Assembly: GCA_905178155.1 (NCBI GenBank)
Contig: CAJINV010000010.1
Coordinates: forward strand, 3,678,587-3,742,586
Source: Amoebophrya sp. A120
Lineage: Eukaryota; Protista; Dinoflagellata
Reading direction: 5' to 3'
Length of the DNA stretch: 64,000 nucleotides
The first letter of the stretch is position 1. Each line of letters starts with the position of its first letter. The position numbers and the translations under genes are program-made. The notes beneath the pieces were generated by a model, which saw nothing but the letters and a program-made list of their open reading frames with translations, was not told the origin of the DNA and did not search any database. Positions 13,275 through 25,200 of the stretch are shown piece after piece.

Positions 13275-16200
13275 ATGTTGCCCCCTCGTTCTGCTTGTTT
13301 CGTTTCTTCTTTTCTACTTTTGCTGGTGGTAACGCCCTCGTGGTTCCACCTGTGCCTCTATCAACTGTAAAAATGTCTGGGTCTGGAAGATTTTGAGATT
13401 TGTCATGCTTGTCTGACATGACTCAAGAATCTGTAATGCATGGGCACGGAGCGGTCCTCTTTTCTGTCATGCAAACACGCAGTTTGCCATGCGGAACACG
13501 CAACACATAGGAGCCCAAAAAATTTGTCATGCTTGGCTCCGTATTGCAGTGGAAATCTCGGGCACTTTTAGCATCACAAGTTTCCAGACCCAGACATTTT
13601 TACATTTGATAGCCTCGCTGTTGAACCATCAGGGGACGAAGCGTCTGTGGACTATAGCAAGGCTGCTTATCAAACGTAAAAATGTCTGGGTCTGGAAGAT
13701 TGCCCGGCTTGTCATGCACATTTTGCATGACTCCTGATGTCTGTGATGCATGCCCCAGCATCACAGATTTTGTGAGGGCTTCCTGATGCCTATACCGCAT
13801 GACAAATGCTCTTTCCGTGTAGCAAAACTTGGACTCTCTTTGCTGCTCATGCAATACAGATTTTTTTAGAATCCAAAATCAGCATGACAAGTTGGATTCT
13901 TCCAGACCCAGACATTTTTACAGTTGATACTGCTGCTGCTGCAAAAACTTCGTTGGAGAAGAAGGACCACGATACTGACAGTGCGACCAGTGCAACTTCT
14001 GTGGGTGAAACCAGCGGCAAGACAAGTTCCGCGAGCGCCAAAATCGTCGATGCAGAAGAGGCGAAAAACGCGATCTCAAAAATCGAAGAAGGGACCACGA
14101 AAAGTGTAGGAGTTGCCCCGAAGGCTACTTCTTCTACAGCAAGTTCAACACCTTCAAAAGCAGACACGACCGATGCGGGTGCTGCAGATGTGCTGGGGAA
14201 GAAACCTGAAACCTCAGATGGCGCCACCGTGGACATCAAAACTGCGGCACAAAAAGCGGATACTGGTGTGGCTGTGGACAGTTCCGCGGCAAAAACTTCT
14301 ACCGAGGCGGCGGGTCGTCCGGCTGCACCGGCGTCAGCTGCTCCTGTTGCAATAAAACCAGACCAGCAAGTGCTTGCAGCAGCAACGGAGGACCCCGCAG
14401 CTACAAAACCGGCACCGCTTGATCAAGCCGACACAACAACTGCTGCGCCAACGGCCAAGGTACTAGTCACGTCGCCAACAGCTGCACCAGATACAGTCAG
14501 TGCCACCGCGGATCCTGCTGTGGTCCCAACAGCGAAGCTCGAAAGCGTGGCTGGTGCTGTTGCAGTTACAACAAAGACGACCTCCGCTGCAGGTGAAACT
14601 ACAACAACCGATGGCACTTCTTCGGCGACACCTGCGCCGGCATCAACCGCCCCCCCTCCAGCCGAACAAACTACTGCGACCCCCGCTGGAGAGACTACAG
14701 CCGCGGGTGCAGCTGCTGCGTCTGCTGCACCAGCAGCACCTGCAGCAACATCGGCCGGAGCTGTTACAGGGCAAGAAACCGCGGCAACTTCTCCCGCTTC
14801 TGCACCAGTTGTGAGCAGCACGACGGCGCCGGCAGCCGCGGTGGGTGAGACGAAGCCAACGACTGTAACGGTTGCCCCTGAGGACGCAACCGGGGCTGCA
14901 TCTGGGACCGCCACTCCAGTTGCAGCAGGCACTCTACTTCCTGGTGTCACAGCTGCAACTGCCGCAGTTCCGACGGAGACAGCTGTTGCCAGTGCCGCAC
15001 CGGCAGCAGTAATTCCAGCTGCAGCCACGCAACCACCCGCCCCGCCCGTCGCGTCCGCAACGCAAACCCCGCCGACTGAAATCGCATTGGCGACCTCCAG
15101 AGACGAGGGGAAAAGCACAGCCGGCGGAACGGTGTTGAAGCAAGTTGCGCCCCGGGCTGGTGCAGCTCCGCCGGCACAAACGCCAATGCCTCCGGCGAAA
15201 ACAGTGTCGGAAGTAGTGCAAGAAACTCCTTCTATCCGCATCCCCTTAGAACACTCCGATATTTCCCCACACGGTGCGTGTAAGAAGCTGATCCAAGACC
15301 TGTCTTGCGGCGCGGAAACCGTGGACGCGGGGGGGGCAGCTTCTCCACCGAGCACGACGTTCCGCAGAAAGGCCATCTGCATTCGGGAAAAGATGATCGA
15401 GGTGTCGCTTCACAACAAGAACCCCGTGGAAGAGTTGGAAATCAGTAAGCAATGCTTAGCGGAGGTCGAGTCCTTTTTCCTCGAAGCGGGGGAGAAGCCG
15501 TTGCAAACCCTTCCCGAGATCTATCGTGAGGAAAAATTCCCCCTCTCCATACCAAAAAGGGATACTTCTGAAAATTTGCGATGCTGATTTGTGGCCACAA
15601 ATCGTCTCTGTATTGCAAGAAGGCGAATCCAGAGGCATCGCCGTGTTTTGCACGCAATTTGTAATGCTGCATGGCCTACAGAGTAGACATTTGCCATGCT
15701 ACGCGTCTACGTCAAAACCGTTCTGCTTAGGCTTGGCATGGGCCTGCAGTCCCCTACTGCAAGACAGACCTGCTTTGTGTACGCAGATCCAGCGTCAGAA
15801 ACTTCCTTGTGATATGGGGAGGGGGGATGTTTCCTTTTGATAAAATCGCCGCTGCCTGTTCCTCCGTTACGTGTGATTTGCAGGGCCAGGCGGCCAAGGG
15901 GGAGGAGCGGTTTTTCTGTCTGATGCAAAGCTACAAGCACCAAAAATCTTCGGCTGCTACCACGATCTCTGCGGGCCAAGTGGTATCCTCGCACTTGAGC
16001 AAGACCTGCCGCGACAAACTGTACGTATCAAGAAGAAAAATCCCCCCTCCCGACATCAAAAGGGTAAGCTGTGATGCAGATTTGTGCTCACAAATCAGCT
16101 TTGTCATGCTAGAAGGGAAAAGATGTAGACACTGTAGTGCTGGGTGGTGTGGGAAGGCCTTGCATCTTCAGCATGACAGGAGGCAGCTGGAAGTGGGAAA

Positions 16201-19200
16201 CAGCATGAGAAATTGCCTGCAAGCGAGGCCACAGCTGCGGCTCTTGGCCTTCTAGCAAAACAAGTCGACTTGTGTACTCAAATTTGCAGCATCACAAATT
16301 GCGTTTTCGATATTGGGATGGGGGATAATTCTTCATTTTGATAGTAAGCTTATCACGTTCTGTCGCACCGCAACAAAGAGATGTGTACGGAGGTGGTTTC
16401 GAAGTGCGACTCTGGCTTACAACAGCACTGCACGGCGCAGAAAATTTTGAACGGGAAAAAAGAAGTGACGGCGAATGGGATGAAGACAGTCAATTGGGTA
16501 TCCTAAATTGAAAAATGTCCCCAACCCGGAGTCAAGATGGAGAAATCCGCTAGACAAATCCGCCAGCTTTGGGTGTTGCGCATGACAAGTTTTGAAACTC
16601 GTAGCGTAAAAAGCCTGTTTAGCTCGCTCAGCAGCATCACAGATCTAGCCTGTCATGCTGATTGGAGTATTGCAAATTCCAAAACACGACGAGAAAGCGC
16701 TTGTTATGGGGCTCTGTGCATGAGAAACATTTTGATCATGCAGGTTTGCATGGCAACTATTGGGTGGGGACGCATTATTTACACAGCATATTGGGTCGCA
16801 TGGCCCTTGCAGAAGGAGTGTTTGCGCAACCAGGGCACCAATCTGGAAAGTAGCTGCCGGGCGGCTCTGTTTCGGGCGGAAATCGGGGTTGCCATCAGTC
16901 GATACAACAACGCGAAACTGGGGTCCTCTGGAGGTGGGGGTGGGCGGTTTTATAGCGCCGGGGAACTACGCCCAGAAGATGGTACTAGCACGAATGAAGG
17001 CGAGAGTGGCCGTGTCGGAGATGAAACAGGAACAACAGCATCGTCTGCAGCGAAGAGTAGTGCGGAGAGCGCAGCTGCTTCGCAGAAACGGCGGTATAAT
17101 GTCGATAAAAACGTATTTTGATGTACTCGTCCCGTGCCGTAATCGTAAGCTTATTTTTTCCGCCGGTACGCAGTCATGTTGGTGTTGTTCCATGCGCCTT
17201 CGGTCAAAAATACATACAAACTAGAAATAAACCAAACGTACAATTTTTATCACAGGCTGGATTCGTCCACCACCACCGCTCCTGGTATCTCCAACGCCAC
17301 ATCAAAAGCAACAACGGCTGCTTCCCCAACAACTTCTGCCTCCCCGGATTCGCTCGACTTTTACCCGCTGCTCAGAACCCGCTGCGAGCAGGATGTGCAG
17401 AAGCACTGCCTTTCGTGGGCGAACAAATTGAAGTGCTTGGAGGTTTTGGCCAATAACGACGAGCGGAAACTGATCCGACCGCAGATCGTCTACCCAGGAG
17501 GCGGGGGCGGCGGGGTGAATAAAGATGGAACGACGTCGAAAATAAACATGACCACTACGTCCAACGCGCTCGGGTGGCAGGGGTTTGGCACCGCGATGAA
17601 GCCGTCGACCTCGACGAAAACTACATCAAGTGGCAATAATTTGAGGAAAACAAAAACATCCGCATTTTCGACCACGGCAGATGTTGTTGAACACGACCAG
17701 AAAAGAACCACTTCTTCCTCGGGAAAGAACCATCGTGCGCTGGCTGTTGAACAAAATGATGAGAAACAAAAAGCAGAAAATCCTCTCCCAGAACAAAAGC
17801 AAAATAGTACAAAAAAATTCCTGAACCACACCGGCGCTATCTCGCCCTTCAAGTTTATGACGGATAGTATCAAAAACAGCACGAGCGCCGCTTTGGCCGC
17901 GCTGAGAAAGTCCGGGCTGCAGCAATCCAAAGCAGTCAGCGCTTTACCCTCTGCGGGGCTACGGCAGGATTTAGCGTTGACCACGGTTTGTCGTGCGCAG
18001 GTCAAGCAGACGATCAGGCAGAAGTACAGGGATATCCGCCTTAGTCCGGAACTAGCGAAGAACTGTGTCGGCGATATTGACCTTTTGTGCAAGACTGAGA
18101 AGCAGAAGATGTTGCAAACCGATTTACCCTCTGGGCAGGTGCTGCATTGCTTGCGAAGAAGGTACTACGAGATCCAACAACAGGACTGCGTGGATTCGTT
18201 TCGACTCTTTATGCAGACGTTTCAGCTGGACTGGGCGGCGGACAGCGTGACGAAGAAGGCCTGCAATGCGGACCGGCAATTGTTCTGCCAAAACGTGAAG
18301 ACGAGCTTGGTGCATGTGTGTTTACAGGAACACATCGACGAGTTGGATGTCGAATGTCAGAAGCAAGAGTTCATGGTTTCCAGCTTCGCGCAACTCGATG
18401 TGAACAGATTCAACCCGTATTTGAGCCGGATGTGCCTGCTAGATTTGGACAAACACTGCCCGCTGGACAGCTTGGGAGGTAGATACCTAGAATGGACCGA
18501 ATTTTGTAATGGCGTCCGTCCTCTCATATACTTGGAACTTGATTTTTCGCGGAACAGCACTAGTACAAAGAACAGAAAAATTGCGCTTCTGTTGCATCTA
18601 TCAGTATGACAAAGTTTTTAGAAAATAAAACTGCAGGCAGCGACATCCGTGCCATCACTTGTCTGCGGAAAGTCCCGAAGCACCAGCTGCACACTAGCTG
18701 CGAGATCGCGCTGAAGAACAACGCGCTTCGCACGAACCAGGATTTCCGGTTGAAATTTGGGGTAACCAATAACTGTATCCTGTGCAAAAGTATCGTACTC
18801 GTATTGCAATCATGCATCACAGATCTTTCTCTTAAGGTAAATCCGCATTACAAATTTTATTTCTTATGATCATGCTGAGGAAATTTGTAATGCATTTATT
18901 TATACGAGTACGATATTTTTGCAGTTCATAAACTGTGAGGAAGAAATCCAGAATAAGTGCCAAAAAGAAGCGTCTCTCGCCAAGCCGGAAGGGAAGGTCC
19001 TGCAGTGTTTAATCGAGAAGCTGGACAAGAACGAGCTGACCGTCGCTCATTCGATGGGCGAATTGGTGAACCCGAATTCCATCCAGCGCACCAAGCAGTT
19101 GTGTAAGCAAGAGGTGGAAGAGTTGGCGAAGCAGTTTGGGCAGAACATCCAGAGTGCGAAACAGATCAACCTGGCCTGCGCGGAGGACATTGAAAAGTTT

Positions 19201-22200
19201 TGTAAAAATGTCGAGCCCGGTATGGCAGTGCACAACTCCCCCTCCCCCTCATTTGTATAGCATGAACGGCAATACAAGCATCAGCAAGAGTGCCGGCGTT
19301 GCATGACAAATTCACACGACTGGAGTGTAGTGCTACTTGGGCTACCAGAACTTGTTACGCAAACAGTGCCATGAGGCAGCGACAGGATTCGGGGTTTTGC
19401 ATGACAAATGAGGGGCGGGAGTGGGAGTTGTGTACTTTCATACCCGGTTTCGGCCAAATCCATGACTGCTTGGTCGATAATCTGACCCGGGTCAGCAAGG
19501 AGTGTGCCGCGAAAGAGATGGCGCTGCAGAACGTTTTAGCTGGTGGGAAGGCGGGCGGGGCGGGAGGAGCAAATGCTGCTGCTGTCATTTTGCCGCCGAG
19601 TTTGGAGTATGCAATGCAAAAGCATCGTACTCGTATAAATGCATGACAAATTTCCTCAGCATGAGGAATAAAATTTGTCATGCGGATTTACCTTAAGAGA
19701 AAAATTTGTAATGCAGGACTGCGATTACTACGAGTACGATACTTTTGCACAGGATATGGAAAAGTGCTGTGAGAACGACATCGGCAGGCTATCAAAAGGA
19801 ACAATCCCCCCTCCCCATATCAAAACGTTGAAATTTCTGATGCTAGATTTGGATACACAAATCAAATTTGTGTTGCAGTAGAGGACCACTGCACGCAGAT
19901 CGCAAGTCTAAATCGCGAGCTTTTGGTGTAGGTGACTAGCATGGTAGTCGGCTGCCCTCTAGGCCTTACAGCATTACAAACCGCCTGGATAAAAACTTGG
20001 CGGGCAGCTGCCTGGACTTGCTTTCTTGCAAGACAGACACGACTTGTGGCCACAGATCTGCATCGCAAAGTTTCAGACGGGTGGGGAGGGGGCATTTTTC
20101 CTTGCAATACAGGCACTGCGGGAATTTCTCCAACCGGGTGAATAGCAACGTGGAAAACAAGGGAAAACTTTCCATCAACGCAGAGGAAAAGTTAACTTGT
20201 TTGATCAGTAAACAGCACGCCATGAACTTCAATTACAAGTGCCGGGAATGCGTGCAGAGGCACGTGAAAAGGCAAAACAAGGACTACAGGTTAAACCCAG
20301 GGCTGAAGAAGGAATGCGCGCCCATCATCGACGAACTGTGCAAAAAGGAAAAGGAAGAGCAGAAGAAGCACGCCGGCGGCGGGCTCGTGATCCAGTTATG
20401 CATTGCAAATATGTCCGGGTCTGGAAAGAATGGGATTTGTGATGCTAACTGTCGACGATAGAAAAACCTGTATTGCACGAGCAGCAAAAGCAGGTGCTTG
20501 AATTTTCGCCACCCGGAGAGGGCATTTCTCATGCAGAATAGGCATTAGCAATGCTTTGCGCGAACTGTGATGCCACAGCATGCATCACAGGCATCTTGGG
20601 TCATGTACAATTGTGCATGACAAACTCCACTTTATCATCTTCCAGACCCAGACACATTTGCAGTTGAGTCCAGTGTCTGATTGACAACCGCAACCGGCTC
20701 CAAGCCATATGACAAGGAAAAATCACCCCTTCCCATATTGAAAACGTGTCCTTCCGAAAATTTGTGATGCAGATTTGTGACCACAAATCCTGTCTGTCTT
20801 GCCAGCAGGCAAATCCAGAGAGTCCGCGGCGATATGCAGGCGGTTTGTAATGCTGCAAGGCCCACAGGGCAGACGTCTGCCATGCTAGGCCCCTACACCA
20901 AAAGGCCTCCCCCTATGCTTGCGATCTGCGTGCAGTGCTTTCCTGCAAGACAGATGTGATTTGTGTACACAAATCCCGCATCACAGATTTCCGTTTTGAT
21001 ATGGGGAGGGCGGATTTTTCATTTTGATAAGCCAATCCGGGCTGTTTGAAGGCGGTCCAGCTGAAAATCCGGCAGCGAGCGGACGACTACCGGGTGGCGC
21101 CGTTTTTCCACACGGTATCAAATGCAAAGATGTCTGGGTCTGGAAGATTGCCAAGCTTGTCATGCATATTTTGAATGACCCATGATGTCTGTGACGCATG
21201 CCCTAGTATCACAGATTTTTAGAGGACTTTCTGATGCCTGTACCGCATGAGAAATGCCCTCTCCGCGTAGCACAAACTGGAGTCCTCTTGCTGGTCATGC
21301 AATACAAATTTCTTTAGAATCCAGCGACAGCATTACAAGTTTAGAATCTTCCAGACCCAGACCACATTTTTGCATTTGATACACGGCGTGCGAGGACGAT
21401 CTAAACCGGTTTTGTTTCGACGTGAAGCCTATCAAATGTAAAAATGTCTGGGTCTGGAAGGGTTGGAACTTGTGATGCAAACTCTGGAACACACAAAAAT
21501 TTGTGTTGCATGCGCGCCAAAAGCTGTCCATTTCTTGGCACGCAAGTAGGAAGTTTCTCATGCGGGACAGGCATCATGAGGCGTGCTCAAAACCTGTGAT
21601 GCTTTTGCCTGCATCAGACGCCATTCGGGTGATCCGAAATATGCATGACAAATCTCGCAATCTTCCAGACCCAGACACTTTTACATTTGATAAAGCCCGG
21701 GGGCGGGAAGGTGCACAAGTGCTTGAATGCCCATTTATCGGAGCTGTCTCCCGCGTGCAAACACTTGGATATGCATTGCAAGAGCATCGTACTTCTAGTA
21801 TAAATTGCATGACAAATTGGCTTAGCACTACAAATGAAATTTGTAATGCGTATTGGCCTTAAGAAAAAGATTTGTAATGCATACGCGCATCAATTAGTAC
21901 GAGTGCGATGCTTTTGCGCTGCATACTGGAATTCCGCCAGCAAATGCAAACCGACCCGAGCAACGACCCGCAGATCAGACTCTACTGTTATCAAAAGGAG
22001 AAATCCCCCCTTTCCCATATCGAAGCCGAAACTTGTGATGCTGTATTTGAGTACACAAATCGACTTGTATTGCTAGAAGGCCGAGAGACGCCGTTGCGGC
22101 CTTAATTCCAGGCGATTTGTCATGCTGTTTTCCATTTCCAGTTGCCTCCTGTCATGCTGAAGATGCAAGGCTTATCTACGTTACCCAGCGCTATGGTCTG

Positions 22201-25200
22201 CATCTCTTCTCTTGTAGCATGACAACATGACTTGTGGTCACAAATCGCGCTACACAAATCTCTGCTCCATTATGGGGAGGGGGGATTTTTCATTTTGATA
22301 ACTGTATCGGGATGTTTTCCGATGCGACCAAGCCCTGCTTCCAGGCGAAAAAGAACAACGCGCTGTTTTCTTGCTTGGACAAGCATCGTGACAACGCGGA
22401 GTTGATCACGCCGAATTGCGCAAAAGCGGTGAAAGGGATCGGAGAGAAAAAAGCGAAGTCGATCCTGTACAACAAACCCATCGGGGAGCGGTGCGCGGCG
22501 ACGTTAGCGCGATTTATCGAAAAGGAGAAGTGCGAGCCGGGGACCTTGCCCTTCAACAGCTTGCCTTCGGGGTACAGGCCAGTGCAACGACAAGCTACAA
22601 GTGGTGGTCCAACTGCGCCGCTTGTGAAAACGGTTTCCGCAGATGCAAGTCGCATGCCGTTGAGGAGAACGAGTGTTGCAGCTTTTTTTCAAGAAAATGA
22701 GCGAAGACTGGACGAGGTGAAAACAGGTCCGGCGTCTCCCCTCCCGAACCCGAAAGCGGTTACGAAAGCTATCAAGTGTAAAAATGTCTGGGTCTGGAAG
22801 AATGAAAGTCTGTCATGCTTGTCTGGCATGATTCGAGAATCTGTGTTGCATAGGCACGAAAAGGCCCTCTTACCTGTCATGCAAAAACGCAGTTTGCCAT
22901 GCGGAATACGTAAGACATGGCAGCCAAAAAATTTGTGATGCATAGCTGCGTATTGCAGTCCGGCTATCATCCACTTTTTGCATCACAAGTTTCCAGACCC
23001 AGACACTTTTGCAGTTGATAAAAGCCTTTGCGAAACAGTTGGCGAATACGATCAACGAGCAGGTTATCAACTGTAAAAGTGTCTGTGTCTGGAAGAGTCA
23101 TGCTGCTTTTGCATGACACAGAAGGTCTGGCATGGAAGCTCTAGCATTACAGGTTTCGAGAACCTTCCGCAATGCCGAATCCGCATGACAAGTCCCCTAT
23201 TTTGCTGACAAAAAGTGGGAGCTTTTGCTACGTATGCATGAGAGACTTTTCCGTATTCTGAAATACGCATTACAAGTCGCATTCTTCCAGACCCAGACAT
23301 TTTTGCATTTGATACAGGTGGCGAAACGGATGGACCAGAAGAAGCCGGGCTCTGGATTGAAATGTCTGGTCGACAACATGAACTTAATCGAAGACAGGAG
23401 TTGCAAGCTGATGGTGTTGCGGCAAGCGCAGATGCACGTGCGGAACCCGTTCTTGTTCCGGCCCGGGTTCCGGGAAGCGTGCGAGCCCATCGCGGACAAG
23501 AGTTGCGCGGGGGCTCCGGGAGGTTTGACGAAGAACGGGTTGGTTGTCCCGCCGTATAAACCGATGTTGTTGAGTATCCTGTGCAAAAGTATCGTACTCG
23601 AAGTAACCGCAGTCATGCATTACAAACCTCCTTCTCAACCTAAATCCGCATTACAAATTGCATTGCATTTTTCGTGCTGAGAGAATTCGTCATGCGATTT
23701 CTACTAGCCTACGATGCTTTTGCATTTCATATTGAGAGCGCTGCTAGGGCAAGCAGAAGATGTTGACACGGAGTCTGAAGTAGATGTTGAGCAGCAGCAG
23801 CAACTCGGATTAGTTCTACTTCCTTGGGCAGATGAATATGAAGAAGCATTCACTCTGCCTCTCGCATCCGCAGAAGAACTGATTTCAGCACAGGCGGATT
23901 TTTCCGCAGGAGCAGAAGAAATTCTTTTAGAAGAGACTGAAAAGTTCCTCACGACGACGCCAAGAGCCCTCGAGGAGCAGTACCTGGCCGACCACTACAG
24001 CGAGGATTTTCTTCTCCTTGAGCCTTCTGACGAGCAGGACCAGAACTCGTTGCAGATCCAGGTTGATGTAGATTATGCCGATGAAAAAGAAAATTATTCC
24101 CAAATTGCCCTCGACCCGTACACCCGCCAGCTTGCCACCCAGCGGTGGTACTCCCAGGCCATCGCGAAGGAGAACGTGAAGTGCCTCCTCGACATGCTGC
24201 CCTCGAAATCGCCGGACAACAGCAGAATGACGCCATCGTGTGCCAAGGAGCTGCAGTCCTTCTCGATCTTGACCTCCACCGACATCCGGCTCCATCCCCA
24301 GTTGGAAAGGCGCTGCGGGGTCGAAATTGCCAAGTTTTGCGGGCATTTGAAGCCGGGGAACAGTCGGATTCTGGTGTGCCTGAAGGCGGAAATGGAGGCG
24401 ACGGCGCCCCCCGGCGTCGGGTTCAGCAAGATGTGCCAAGTTTCCGTCTCCCGTGTCGCATTGTCCAAATCCGCGATCGAAACCTACACGAAGTTCCACC
24501 TGAATTCCGGCATCACCGCGAAGACCTTGCAGTATCGTATTTAAAAGCGTCCCCGCCCCAGAGTTGTAATGCAGATCTGCATGCTCAGAATTTTTCTCAT
24601 GCGGAGCCCCATGAGCAGCATTTTGCAGTCGTTTTTTGCAACTTGTCATGCTCCAATCTGCATCATATACTAGATCTGTGATGCTGCAGCTGAGCTAGCT
24701 CAAACAGAACTACACTACGAGTCCAGATTAATATTTACATTGCTCGACTTCCGGGTTCTGGTAACGCATACCCCTGGCGACAGGTGACCTTGACAGGCGA
24801 CCTCGACAGGCGACCTCGACAGGTGACCTCGACAGGTGACCTCAACAGGTGACCTCGACAGGTGACCTCGACAGGTGACCTCGACAGGTGACCTCGACAG
24901 GGGACCTTGACAGGTGACCGCGACAGGTGACCGCGACAGGTGAACGCCCTGCCTTCCCCCACCAGTGCTTCGCGCACTAAGCCACTATGCGCGCGCCTGG
25001 TGTGAGGCGAGGGGCGGACGCTGTCCGCCCCGATGCCGAACACCCTTCCCCCACTAGTGCTTCGCGCACTGAGCCACCATGCGCGCGCCTGGTGTGAGGC
25101 GAGGGGCGGACGCTGTCCGCCCCGATGCCGAACACCCTTCCCCCACTAGCGCCACTAGGGACGGGCACAAGGCCCCAGCGTGGGGACCCTGTCCCCACGC

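Noticed and set aside
14423-15382. 319-aa minus-strand ORF
   Set aside because: It is the antisense shadow of the Ala/Thr/Pro-rich exon of the GLG1-like gene.
24778-24946. Possible CRISPR array (also 26670-26801 and the 42-bp repeats at 59155-62630)
   Set aside because: The repeats are contiguous or irregularly spaced with no unique equal-length spacers, there are no cas genes, and the context is eukaryotic.
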